The notes: generated by a model from the sequence alone, not told the origin. A stretch of 32,000 bases of DNA from Kiritimatiella glycovorans (GCF_001017655.1 NZ_CP010904.1:420001-452000); one strand, 5' to 3'; positions 1-8,890 are shown, numbered from the stretch's first letter. Made by a program: numbers and translations.

Positions 1-348
1 GTCGGCACGAATCTTCTCGCGGACACCTGGTACAATCTCTGGCTGGTGACGGATAACCAGGCGCCGGACAGCGCAAAACTCTACATCCAGTCTTCGGACG
101 ATACCCGTTTCAGTTCGCAGGCCGAGATAGCGGTCAGCAATACGTGGATTCGCGGCGAGGGTGCGTTGGCGTACGATACGCTCTATTTTGTCGCGAACCA
201 CGTAGACGGTCCGGATGCGTATATTGACGACATCTATTACGACAATTCCGGAGAGAATCTGGTCAATCCCATCCCCGAACCGGCGACGCTCGGTCTGATG
301 GCGACGGTCGCGGGGGGGGTGTTCCTGCTGCGCCGCTTCCGCCGCTGA
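1..348 (+). CDS. PEP-CTERM-anchored secreted protein, C-terminal fragment (5' end outside the window)
   Basis: Frame 1 is open from base 1 (VGTNLLADTWYNLWLVTDNQ...), so the track ORF at 46 is only an internal start. It ends ...NPIPEPATLGLMATVAGGVFLLRRFRR*, i.e. PEP motif, hydrophobic helix and Arg-rich tail (PEP-CTERM sorting signal). The 80 aa before the anchor align ungapped with the sulfatase C-terminus (41/80 identical, hand count). Confidence 0.75.
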   Translation, partial: VGTNLLADTWYNLWLVTDNQAPDSAKLYIQSSDDTRFSSQAEIAVSNTWIRGEGALAYDTLYFVANHVDGPDAYIDDIYYDNSGENLVNPIPEPATLGLMATVAGGVFLLRRFRR

Positions 349-372
349 GGGCGGAAGAAGACGCGCTGGGTT

Positions 373-400
373 GGACGTTCTGCTGTCCGGCAGAACGTCC
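373..400 (+). terminator. GC-rich hairpin after the PEP-CTERM gene (candidate intrinsic terminator, no U-tract)
   Basis: GGACGTTCTGC-TGTCCG-GCAGAACGTCC: perfect 11-bp stem and 6-nt loop, 25 nt after the stop at 346..348. No T-run follows, so termination activity is uncertain. Confidence 0.4.
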
Positions 401-538
401 GCAAACTCGGAGTGCACGCCCTGCCTATGACCCCCGGGGTGGGTGAGGACGCGAAAGGCAGGGATGCTGCGGTCCGGCGAAAGACGCCCGAACCATCGAA
501 ATCGGCCCCCGCCCCATGAACATGAAGGTCGTGGAGGA

Positions 539-2713
539 ATGATCAAAACACTGACAACGTCGCTGATCGTCTGCTGGCTCTGCGCGTCGGCCCTGGCCGC
601 ACGCACGACCGATGACCGTCTCAATGTGGTCTTTATCCTGATCGACGACATGGGCTGGAAGGATCCGGGCTGTTACGGCGGGGAACTGTTCGAGACGCCC
701 AACATCGACCGCCTCGCGGCGCAGGGGATGCGGTTCACCGACGCCTATGCGGCGTGCAGCGTCTGCGCTCCGACCCGCGCCAGCCTCGTCACGGGCAAGT
801 ACCCCGGCCGGCTCCACTTCACCGCGCTCACGGGACATCAGGAGATGCTCGGTAACGTCGAACACAATCCGACCGGCATCAAGCTGATCCAGCCCGCGAT
901 CACGAGAGAGGACGGCGTGCAGCCCGACGAGTTCTGCATCGCGGAGGCGTTCCGCGCCGCGGGCTATCGCACCGCGCTGTTCGGGAAGACGCACTTCGGG
1001 AGCGGACACGAGAACCTGCACGCAATGGGCTTCGACGTCGCCGAGAACCCGCAGTGCGATATGTGGGTGACCCCGCCCGCGGTGGTCGAGGACGATCCCA
1101 AGCGGATGACGACCATCACGGATCGCTCAATCGAATTCATGCGCGAATGTGCGGACCGCGACCGCCCCTTCTTTCTCTACGTCCCGCACAAGGCGGTCCA
1201 CGTCCAGTTCCAGGCCACGCGCGAATATTACGAACAATACGCGCAAAAACTGACCCCGGAAGAGAAAGAGGAGTACTCGCCCTACTATCTGGCCATGGTC
1301 GAGGAACTCGACCGCGAGGTCGGACGGCTGCTCGACGAGCTCGAACGACTGGGTGTCGCGGACCGTACGGCCGTGTTTTTCACGTCCGACAACGGGGGCG
1401 TGGACACCGTCTACAGCAAGACCCCCTATCCGGCCACGTCCATGGCTCCGCTGCGGGGCCAGAAGGGCGGGCAGTACGAGGGGTCGCACCGCGTCCCGCT
1501 GATCGTCCGCTGGCCCGGTCACGTCCGGCCCGGATCGGTCTCGCATGAGGTCGTCATCACCCCCGACTTCTATCCCACCTGCCTCGACATGGCCGGACTG
1601 CCGGGCCATCCCGGACAGCATCTCGACGGCATCAGCATGGTGCCCGCCCTCCGGGGCGGCGAACTGGAGCGCGAAGCGGTCTACTGGCATAAGCCGCACT
1701 ACTACACCCGGAACGGGCCGCTGAGCGTCATCCGCTGCGGGCGCTACAAGTACATCCACTACTGGGAGACCGAACTCTCGCCCGCCGGCGGGCCGCCGCA
1801 CCAGCTCTTCGATCTGGAACAGGACATCGGCGAAACCGATAACCTCGTCAGGGAAAAACCCGAAATCGCGGACCGGCTCAGGAAGATGCTCATGGCGCAT
1901 CTGGAGGAGGTCGACGCCGAGCTGCCGGAGGTCAACCCGCGTTACGGCCGGAAGGAGACCGCTACAGAGCGTGAAGGGGCGGGGCATGCAGCCCGGGACG
2001 ACTGGAAGAAAGTCGACGATTTTGAGTCCTATGCCCCGGGCGAATCCGTAGCGGGGCGCGACGGGTGGCGGAGCGCCGACGACTCGCTTTCCTGCGAGGC
2101 GCGGGTGGTCGCCGATCCCGACGGGACCGGAAAGGTCCTGCGATTCCGGAAGACCGGCGCCCGGGTCGGCGTGGCCGCACTGGTTCATGAGGGAAGCGGG
2201 TTTATCGCCCGAACGCTTTCCGCGCCGCAGACCCTCACGCTGCGTTTCCGGTTCACGGGGCACGAAGGACTCAAGGGCGCCGCCGAAGAGTACGTCGGGT
2301 TCGGGGTGACGGCCGACGCCGGGATCGACCGGCTTCCCCTTCTGAAGCAGGGGTTCACGATCCGTGACGCAGACGACGATCAGGAGGCCGATCAGCTTGC
2401 CAGCCCGGCGGGGAAGGTCTCCATGCGCCTGCGGCCCGATACGTGGTACCGGGTGTGGCTGATCACCGACAACAAGAAGCCCGATACCGCGCGGCTCTAT
2501 ATGCAATCCGGGGATGACCCGCGCTTTGCGGATATGCGCGAGGTGCCCGCGGCCTTCGACTGGATCTCCGGCCCCGGCGCCCGTCCGTATCCCGTGATCG
2601 CGCTGATCGCCAATCACGCCTCCGGGCCGGCGATGTACGTCGATGACATCTATTTCGATAACCACAGGGCGAACCTTGCGCCCCCGCCCGCCGATGAGGC
2701 GCGAGGCGGATGA
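539..2713 (+). CDS. Exported Cys-type (formylglycine-dependent) sulfatase with a ~250-aa C-terminal non-catalytic domain
   Basis: Sulfatase signature CAPTRASLVTG (C-x-P-x-R) plus N-terminal NVVFILIDDMGW and TSDNGG motifs. Start moved to ATG 539 (GGAGGA 3 nt upstream), giving signal peptide MIKTLTTSLIVCWLCASALAA. The upstream 443..538 extension is Arg/Pro-rich and unlikely to be coding. The C-terminal ~250 aa (from about GRKETATERE) are unrelated to sulfatases, and their last 80 aa are paralogous to ORF 1..348. Confidence 0.9.
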   Translation: MIKTLTTSLIVCWLCASALAARTTDDRLNVVFILIDDMGWKDPGCYGGELFETPNIDRLAAQGMRFTDAYAACSVCAPTRASLVTGKYPGRLHFTALTGHQEMLGNVEHNPTGIKLIQPAITREDGVQPDEFCIAEAFRAAGYRTALFGKTHFGSGHENLHAMGFDVAENPQCDMWVTPPAVVEDDPKRMTTITDRSIEFMRECADRDRPFFLYVPHKAVHVQFQATREYYEQYAQKLTPEEKEEYSPYYLAMVEELDREVGRLLDELERLGVADRTAVFFTSDNGGVDTVYSKTPYPATSMAPLRGQKGGQYEGSHRVPLIVRWPGHVRPGSVSHEVVITPDFYPTCLDMAGLPGHPGQHLDGISMVPALRGGELEREAVYWHKPHYYTRNGPLSVIRCGRYKYIHYWETELSPAGGPPHQLFDLEQDIGETDNLVREKPEIADRLRKMLMAHLEEVDAELPEVNPRYGRKETATEREGAGHAARDDWKKVDDFESYAPGESVAGRDGWRSADDSLSCEARVVADPDGTGKVLRFRKTGARVGVAALVHEGSGFIARTLSAPQTLTLRFRFTGHEGLKGAAEEYVGFGVTADAGIDRLPLLKQGFTIRDADDDQEADQLASPAGKVSMRLRPDTWYRVWLITDNKKPDTARLYMQSGDDPRFADMREVPAAFDWISGPGARPYPVIALIANHASGPAMYVDDIYFDNHRANLAPPPADEARGG

Positions 2714-2803
2714 AGCGTGCAGGGTAGGGATTCTGCTGGACAGCAGAAGGCCGTCGGCAGACAGGGTCAGCCCGCACATTGCGTCATTTAGAATGACGAA
2801 AAG

Positions 2804-3195
2804 TTTGGCTCTTCGTAGATTTTTGTGGTGGCCCCGCTTCGCAGGCCTGCGGGCCTACTACGAACGTAAGAGAGAGCGCACGATTTCTTTGCCTGCGCTC
2901 TTCTCATTCATCTTTGCGATCTCTGCGCCTTGGCGAGATTCATTTCCTGTGTTTTGTCAGCGGCGGCACTCCGTCCGCCGAAGTGACTTCAACCCGTTTT
3001 TCTCTCGCCAAGCCGCCAAGGTCGCCAAGGAATTTCTTCCTTCGGGGGGGCACGATTTCTTTGCCTGCGCTCTTCTCATTCATCTTTGCGGTCCCGGCGC
3101 CTTTGCGAGAGTCATTTCTTGTGGGTGACCCGAGCGGATTTCTGCTCCGGCCACTGCGATTCCAGTAGTTCCACGAAAATCTACGAAGAGCCAAA
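2804..3195. repeat. 392-bp composite element bounded by 25-bp terminal inverted repeats (MITE-like) with two internal ~74-bp direct repeats
   Basis: TTTGGCTCTTCGTAGATTTTTGTGG (2804..2828) versus the reverse complement of CCACGAAAATCTACGAAGAGCCAAA (3171..3195): 24/25 identical. Internal direct repeats lie at 2878..2951 and 3050..3123 (172-bp offset). Their first 41 bp are identical (GCACGATTTCTTTGCCTGCGCTCTTCTCATTCATCTTTGCG) and the next 33 bp match 27/33. Confidence 0.6.
2830..2867. repeat. Right-arm fragment of the ~100-bp palindromic REP/MITE-like repeat family
   Basis: GGCCCCGCTTCGCAGGCCTGCGGGCCTACTACGAACGT matches the right arms at 11483..11520, 11588..11625 and 14941..14978. Confidence 0.6.
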
Positions 3196-3210
3196 AAATA
3201 CGGTGAACCA

Positions 3211-4890
3211 TCAGTACAGAAAGTCGCAGGTGACGCCTTCGATGATAAGATCCTCGTCGAAGGGATTCGCGGAAAGTCTGACATCGATCCGATTATCCCC
3301 GTTCTCCACCACCTTCCGCGCCACGGTGTCCGGCAGCCGATAGGTCAATCGCCCGGCGCCGTAGATCAGGCGCATGTCATCGGTTACTTCCGCGTCGTTC
3401 ACGGTTATGCGGATGAACTCCCTGTGTATGTTTTCCGTATGGACCGACAGGCGGATCTCGTCGGCTGCCTTGAAATCCGAGTTCACCGAAAGCACGAAAC
3501 GGTAGAGCGAGGGCACCTCACCCGCGCGGTGGACGAGCGGCGTGCGGATCAGACGCGACCCCAGTTCCTTCTTGTCCCGCGCAACGCGCGCGGTGTCCGC
3601 GAAATAGGTCTTGTTCTTCTTCCGCAGCGCCTGCCGGTCCGCCAGTTCCGGGAGCAGGTAGTGTTCCTCGGGCGCGAACCAGTTGAAGAAATAGAGCCCC
3701 TCGGCCCCTTTGCCGTAGAGCGTGGAGGCGACCCCCCTGACCTTCTCCGGGGTGGCTTCGCGGATGCGCGTCTTGAAATACATCCGTTCGATCGGTCCGT
3801 AGACCTTGGTGTCGCGCGACTTCGCGTACGCGGCCCACTCTTCCATTGCGTTGTCCGAGAAGAAGGTTCCGTGACCCAGCACGATGCCGTCGAGCAGATC
3901 CTCGTCCAGCCACTGCCGGACCCTCATCCCGGCTGCATATCCGTCGTGGTACGTCGGGATGCGGGCGACCAGCCGAATCCTGTTTCCGGATCGATCTTCC
4001 ACGCGGTCGAGGCTCTCGCGAATACGCCGCACGACACGGGTCAGCTTCTCCGGCTCTTCCTCCCCTTCCGGGAAGAATTTGAGGGAGCGCATGAAGTCGA
4101 GTTCGATTCCGCTCGCGTCGGGATGGTTTTCGGCGAGGTCTTCTGCAAGCCCCACGTAGAAGTCGCGCACCTGCTCGAATGCGTAATTGACGCGCAGGTC
4201 GTGATAATCCGGCCCGCCCTTCCGGTAGGACTCGGGCAACTGAGAGGGCTGGTTGGTACCGCGATTGATCCAGGGAAGGTAGAGTTCCTCCCACTCCTCC
4301 CTGGACGGGGGATCGATAAACAGCTCGGGCTGATCCCAGAAGAAACGTCCAACGTGATACATGGGGTTAGCGTGCACGCTGTGATGCTGATCGTTCATCC
4401 GGATCGAGAAGTAGGGCTCGATATTGTGTTCCCGACACCAGGCGACGTAGGGCGTAAGCGGATCCTTTCCCCATACGGGATGTTCGGGGAATACCCCGCT
4501 CTCGTAGCCGTAGGGCCAGGGTACGGACAGATTCACGCAGAGCGCGATCCCGAGCGAGACGTCCGGCGCGACCGCCTGCAGCCCCTCCCAGCGCACCGCG
4601 GCATATTGATCGAACGACTCATAGGGCTCCACCGGGATCCAGCGCGGGTCTACGTCTCCGTAGTAGTAATTCGGAGTCAAGCTGATCCAGTGCGTCTTCG
4701 CCGCCCTATGTTTCGCATTCCGGAAGATCTCAAACGTCAGCGCCGTGCCGTCGTCGTTCACCAGCATGTCCGGAAGCGATCCCGCCGATCTCCGGTCCGG
4801 CCCGGTCTGCGCCCCGGCCGGCGCCGCCGCCAGGCCCGCGCTCAATACCACACCCGCCACCACGATTTTAAGAACCCGGTCTCTCTTCAT
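3211..4890 (-). CDS. Exported protein of unknown function (possibly a glycoside-hydrolase-like TIM barrel with a C-terminal beta-sandwich)
   Basis: Start placed at ATG 4890 (GGAGGG 8 nt upstream), giving signal peptide MKRDRVLKIVVAGVVLSAGLAAAPAGA|Q. The track's 32 upstream codons are Arg-rich junk. Codon usage is coherent across 559 aa. The GIELDFMR segment is reminiscent of GHL10-type hydrolase-like families, but I cannot assign a family from sequence alone. Confidence 0.55.
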   Translation of the reverse strand: MKRDRVLKIVVAGVVLSAGLAAAPAGAQTGPDRRSAGSLPDMLVNDDGTALTFEIFRNAKHRAAKTHWISLTPNYYYGDVDPRWIPVEPYESFDQYAAVRWEGLQAVAPDVSLGIALCVNLSVPWPYGYESGVFPEHPVWGKDPLTPYVAWCREHNIEPYFSIRMNDQHHSVHANPMYHVGRFFWDQPELFIDPPSREEWEELYLPWINRGTNQPSQLPESYRKGGPDYHDLRVNYAFEQVRDFYVGLAEDLAENHPDASGIELDFMRSLKFFPEGEEEPEKLTRVVRRIRESLDRVEDRSGNRIRLVARIPTYHDGYAAGMRVRQWLDEDLLDGIVLGHGTFFSDNAMEEWAAYAKSRDTKVYGPIERMYFKTRIREATPEKVRGVASTLYGKGAEGLYFFNWFAPEEHYLLPELADRQALRKKNKTYFADTARVARDKKELGSRLIRTPLVHRAGEVPSLYRFVLSVNSDFKAADEIRLSVHTENIHREFIRITVNDAEVTDDMRLIYGAGRLTYRLPDTVARKVVENGDNRIDVRLSANPFDEDLIIEGVTCDFLY

Positions 4891-5144
4891 GCGACGATCC
4901 CTCCGTCTCTCTCTTCTCTGCCCTTCCTGCCACGATGCCTCTGTTCGACGCCGTCTCCTTCCCCTGTGGTCCTTTCGTAAGACCACGAAGGATAGCGAAG
5001 CACGGCATGGAACACGCTCTCCTATGCCTGAAGCACTTCACGCCAGATCTCGGCCGCATGGTGCAATCGTTTCCCTTGCCATTTCATCGCGACGGGTCTA
5101 GGGTGTGCGGCATCCGGAATTCGATAATCGCAGGGAGGAAACCG

Positions 5145-7748
5145 ATGATCCGATGGCTGAACCTTTTATGGCTGATTGCACTGCTGGGGGCGGGTCCGGT
5201 CCGCGCGGCCGCCGATCCGGTCCGCGATCTGCTCGAAGAGATGACGCTGCAGGAGAAACTGGGCCAGATGCGCTGCGCGTGGGTGCAGACCACCGACGAG
5301 GCGATCAGCCAGGCCGTCGACGGGAAGATCGGGACGCTGGTCGCGATGCCCGTCCAGAAACAGATGCCGTACGAGGCTACACAGGCGGCCAACGAGATCT
5401 ATCGCGCGGTGCGCGACGCCGGTATGCCGGTGGCGCCGATGCTCATCTCCGGCGCCTACCACGGGGTTCAGGCCAAAGGGGGCAGTTCGTATCCCTGCGG
5501 TATCGCCCTGGGCGCGACCTGGAATCCGGAGGCGATCGGGACGATGGCACGCATGATGGGGCGCGAGGCGCGGCTGCGGGGATACACCTTCATGATCGCC
5601 CCGCGCCTGTACCTGGCCCGCGATCCGCGCATCGGCCGCGTCGAGGAGTCGTTCGGAGAAGACCCCTGGCTGGTCTCGCGCTTCGGCGTCGAGTTCGTCC
5701 GCGCGCTCCAGTCGCAGGGCGTGATGGCTACCCCGTGTCTCTACCCGACCGAGAACGGCGAGGGCGGACGACTCTGCGCGGCCGTGGAGATTTCGGAACG
5801 CATGCTGCGTGAATACTACTTTCCTCCCTACGAGGCCGCCGTCCGGGAGGCCGGCGCCACGTCGCTGATGCCCACCTACGGTGCGGTGAACGGTCCCCCG
5901 GCCCACGGCGATGCATGGCTGCTGCACGACGTCCTGCGCGGCGAGTGGGGCTTCGAGGGGTTCGTGGTCTGCGATTACAACGCCCACTACAGCTTCGCTC
6001 AGCGCCTCGGCGTGCCCGATCCCGAAGTCCACATGCCGAACGCGGGCGTCAACCTCGAGCTGCCCTGGGTGGCGGCCTACGGGAAGCGGCTGGAGGACGC
6101 CCTGGCTGCGGGGCGGGTCACGGAGGAACGGATCGACGAGCTGGTCTACGATATCCTGCGCGCGAAACGGCGCTACGGGCTGATGGATTTCGATTCGCTG
6201 ATCCAGGATCCGGAGGAGAGCCGCGCCGCGGCGGAATCGGACGAGGCGCGCCGCCTCGCGCGCGAACTGCAGCGCCGGGCGATCGTCCTGCTGCGAAACG
6301 AGCACGATGTGCTGCCTCTGAATCCGGACGCCACGGTGGCGCTGATGGGGCCGACGGCGGACCGCGGCGATCTGGGCAGCTACTCGGGCTGGCCGACGCA
6401 CGTCGTCTCCATCCGTGAGGGCATGGAGGCGGTCGCCGGGGACCGGGTGCGGTTCGTCCCGCACGCCGTCACGCCGCCCCGGCCGCGTCCGATCGAACCG
6501 GACCGGCTCTACCGGGACTCCGAAGCCGACACGCAGGGACTGCGGCTGCGCCTGTATCCCACTCCCGCCTGCGAGGGCGATCCGCTGCTGACGAAGCACG
6601 TGCGGGATCTGCGGATCGATCTCGTTCCGCTGCTCCCCGCCGATGCGGGCAAGGGTCCTTTCGGGGTGCGCGTCGACGGCTATCTGAAATATCCGCAGGT
6701 GATCACCGCCTGCGATATCACGGCGCGGACCGACGACGCCCTACGGCTGGAGATCGCCGGTCAGACGGTCGTCGACGCGGCGGCGGGTGCGCGCAAAAGA
6801 GATTTCCAGGGCAATATGAAGATGGAGCAGGGCAACGTCTATCCGCTCGAACTCGAGTGGCGGCCCGGCACCGCGACCGCCAAACTGAGCATCGACTGGA
6901 TCTTCCGGGAGGAAGCCGGCGAAGCGCGATTCCTGGTGGACGAATCGGAGCTGGCGCAGTGCGTCGCGGCCGCGCGGGAGGCGGACGTGGCGCTGATCTG
7001 CGTGGGGATTACCGAGGGCGAGGCCAAGGACCGCGCCGATCTGCGGCTGCCCGGCGACCAGGAGCGGCTCATCCGCGAGGTCGCCGCGACCGGTGTCCCG
7101 GTGATCGTCACACTCGGCGCGGGCAGCGCCGTGGAGATGCTGGACTGGGTCTACGAAGTGGACGGCCTGTTCGCGTCCTGGTACGGCGGAATGGAGGCGG
7201 GTCACGCCTTCGCGGACGTGGTGTACGGCCAGGTGGACGCCTCGGGGCGGCTGCCGATCAGTTTCGTCAAGAAGGTCGGTCAGTGTCCGCTGCCGTACAA
7301 CCGTTATCCTTCGGCCCGGCATGACAACTACGTCGACGTGGACGGTGATCCCCTGTTCCCGTTCGGCTTCGGGCTCAGCTATACCACCTTCGAATGCCGC
7401 GGGCTGGAGTTGAACACGGACGAACTCGGGCCGGGAGACACCCTGAAGGCCTCGGTCGAGGTCGTGAACACCGGCGACCGGCGCGGGGTGCAGACCGTCC
7501 AGCTCTACACGCGGAGCTGGGGGACGTCCGTGTCGCGGCCACGTCTCGAGTTGCGCGATTTCGCGCAGGTCGAACTCGATCCCGGCGCGAGCCGGCGCGT
7601 CACCCTGACCATGCCCCGGGAGCGGTTGCGCTATTATGCGGGTCGGCCGCTGAAGCCCGTGATCGAACCCCACGAACTACGGGTCAAGGTCGGCTTCAGC
7701 AGCGGGGATATTCTGCGGGAAACGAAGATCCGGGTCGTCGGGAGATAA
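5145..7748 (+). CDS. Exported glycoside hydrolase family 3 beta-glucosidase/beta-xylosidase-like enzyme with an inserted PA14 domain
   Basis: GH3 hallmarks: LQEKLGQM, GFVVCDYNA (nucleophile Asp region), LRLPGDQERLI, FPFGFGLSYTTFE, and a C-terminal Fn3-like VQLY segment. A PA14-like insert runs from about GLRLRLYP... to ...LSIDWIF. Start is ATG 5145 (GGGAGGA upstream), giving signal peptide MIRWLNLLWLIALLGAGPVRAAA. Confidence 0.9.
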   Translation: MIRWLNLLWLIALLGAGPVRAAADPVRDLLEEMTLQEKLGQMRCAWVQTTDEAISQAVDGKIGTLVAMPVQKQMPYEATQAANEIYRAVRDAGMPVAPMLISGAYHGVQAKGGSSYPCGIALGATWNPEAIGTMARMMGREARLRGYTFMIAPRLYLARDPRIGRVEESFGEDPWLVSRFGVEFVRALQSQGVMATPCLYPTENGEGGRLCAAVEISERMLREYYFPPYEAAVREAGATSLMPTYGAVNGPPAHGDAWLLHDVLRGEWGFEGFVVCDYNAHYSFAQRLGVPDPEVHMPNAGVNLELPWVAAYGKRLEDALAAGRVTEERIDELVYDILRAKRRYGLMDFDSLIQDPEESRAAAESDEARRLARELQRRAIVLLRNEHDVLPLNPDATVALMGPTADRGDLGSYSGWPTHVVSIREGMEAVAGDRVRFVPHAVTPPRPRPIEPDRLYRDSEADTQGLRLRLYPTPACEGDPLLTKHVRDLRIDLVPLLPADAGKGPFGVRVDGYLKYPQVITACDITARTDDALRLEIAGQTVVDAAAGARKRDFQGNMKMEQGNVYPLELEWRPGTATAKLSIDWIFREEAGEARFLVDESELAQCVAAAREADVALICVGITEGEAKDRADLRLPGDQERLIREVAATGVPVIVTLGAGSAVEMLDWVYEVDGLFASWYGGMEAGHAFADVVYGQVDASGRLPISFVKKVGQCPLPYNRYPSARHDNYVDVDGDPLFPFGFGLSYTTFECRGLELNTDELGPGDTLKASVEVVNTGDRRGVQTVQLYTRSWGTSVSRPRLELRDFAQVELDPGASRRVTLTMPRERLRYYAGRPLKPVIEPHELRVKVGFSSGDILRETKIRVVGR

Positions 7749-7788
7749 GCGACCGGCCCGGCCGTCAACAGATCGCAGGAGGAGCAGG

Positions 7789-8889
7789 ATGACATCACGC
7801 GAGCGGATGCTGCGGGCTCTCGCCAACGAGAAGCCGGATCGTCTTCCGTGCCAGGTGCACGGCTGGATGGATTACTATCTGGAGACCTATCTGGGCGGCT
7901 GCGACTGGTTCGAAGCCTATGCGCGCTTCGATATGGATTACGCGATCTACGTCAGCCCTGAATACACCTACGATGAACGGGATCTGGCCAACTGGCGGAT
8001 CGAACGGACCCGCCCCGTCAGGGACGACGACGGGAATGAGACCTGGCGGGAGACGATCGTCACGCCCGGGGGGTCACTCCATCAGGCCTTCGGGCGCAAC
8101 GCCTTTACTCAGTGGAATACCGAACACCTGCTGAAGTGTGAGCGCGATGAAGAGCTTTGGAAGAAATATTACCCGGTCCCGGTGGGGGCCGATCTTGCGC
8201 CCGTGCGCGAAGCGCATGACCGGGTGGGCGACCGCGGCATCGTCCGTTCGCACCCGTATTATCCGGGACAGGGCAGCCCCTGGCAGGCGCTGTGTATTCT
8301 CACCGGTACGGAGGAAGCGATCTTCCTGGCCATGGACGAGCCCGAGCGGACCCATGACCTGCTCGAGTCCATCTACCGGAAGGCGGCCCGCGCCCATGCG
8401 CTCTGGGAGGGGACCCCGGCCGACATGGTCGAAACCGATGGCGGGGCCGGTTCGAGCACGGTCATCAGCCCCGATCTGTTCCGGACGTTCTGCCTGCCCT
8501 ATAACCAGCGGCAGAATGCGTTGTTCCGAGCCCTGGGGGTGAAGACCGTGTGCCATCTCTGCGGCGGGATCATGCCCATGCTCGACCTCGTCGTTGAATC
8601 GGGGGCCGACGGGCTGGAGACCATGACCCCGCCGAATATGGGCGGCGATTGCGATCTCGCCGAGGCTTCGCGTCGCGTGGGCGGTAAGCTGTTCTTTATC
8701 GGGGGGTTCGACCAGAATGCCGGGTTCGAGAAGGGCACGCCGGAGAAGGTCCGTGAGTTGGTGTTTGCATGTTTTGAGGCCACGCGTGATCACGGAGGAC
8801 ATATCCTCGCCCCGTCCGATCATTTCTTCTTCGGCGATCCGGCCAATCTGCAGGCCTTCGCAGACGCCTGCAGGGAGTGTGTTTACTGA
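7789..8889 (+). CDS. Uroporphyrinogen-decarboxylase (URO-D) family protein, MtaA/CmuA-like methyltransferase-type, cytoplasmic
   Basis: 366 aa with no signal peptide. N-terminus MTSRERMLRALANEKPDRLPC and overall length and pattern are typical of URO-D-family proteins of anaerobes. AGGAGGA RBS sits 40 nt after the GH3 stop, so co-transcription is likely. Family assignment is by recognition only. Confidence 0.6.
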   Translation: MTSRERMLRALANEKPDRLPCQVHGWMDYYLETYLGGCDWFEAYARFDMDYAIYVSPEYTYDERDLANWRIERTRPVRDDDGNETWRETIVTPGGSLHQAFGRNAFTQWNTEHLLKCERDEELWKKYYPVPVGADLAPVREAHDRVGDRGIVRSHPYYPGQGSPWQALCILTGTEEAIFLAMDEPERTHDLLESIYRKAARAHALWEGTPADMVETDGGAGSSTVISPDLFRTFCLPYNQRQNALFRALGVKTVCHLCGGIMPMLDLVVESGADGLETMTPPNMGGDCDLAEASRRVGGKLFFIGGFDQNAGFEKGTPEKVRELVFACFEATRDHGGHILAPSDHFFFGDPANLQAFADACRECVY

Positions 8890-8890
8890 C

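Noticed and set aside
443-538. Longer N-terminal extensions offered by the ORF track (also 4891..4986, 4935..5144, 16858..17043, 18678..18743, 26180..26263, 26386..26892, 29362..29556)
   Set aside because: In each case an internal ATG or GTG has a good Shine-Dalgarno sequence and begins a signal peptide or the conserved N-terminus of the family. The extension is Arg/Pro-rich or overlaps the upstream gene.
2731-2748. Hairpin TTCTGCTG-GA-CAGCAGAA just after the sulfatase stop
   Set aside because: The effective stem is only about 7 bp with a 4-nt loop, and there is no T-run. It is too weak to annotate as a terminator.
1127-2779. 550-aa ORF on the minus strand
   Set aside because: It is antisense to the sulfatase gene and has no signal, motif or RBS. 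It is a high-GC artefact.
2643-3284. Three overlapping small ORFs (161, 84 and 114 aa) in the sulfatase-downstream gap, two of them sharing the peptide ISLPALFSFIFA
   Set aside because: The shared peptides simply reflect the 74-bp direct repeats. There is no RBS, the ORFs cross repeat boundaries, and the composition is non-protein-like. The region is treated as a non-coding repeat element.
3424-4980. 518-aa ORF on the plus strand
   Set aside because: It is antisense to the exported protein 3211..4890. The latter has a proper RBS, signal peptide and balanced composition, whereas this ORF is Arg/Pro/Val-rich.
5166-6599. 477-aa minus-strand ORF and several 60-235-aa ORFs inside the GH3 gene
   Set aside because: All overlap the GH3 frame, which carries the diagnostic motifs. 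Their compositions are typical of off-frame G+C-rich sequence.
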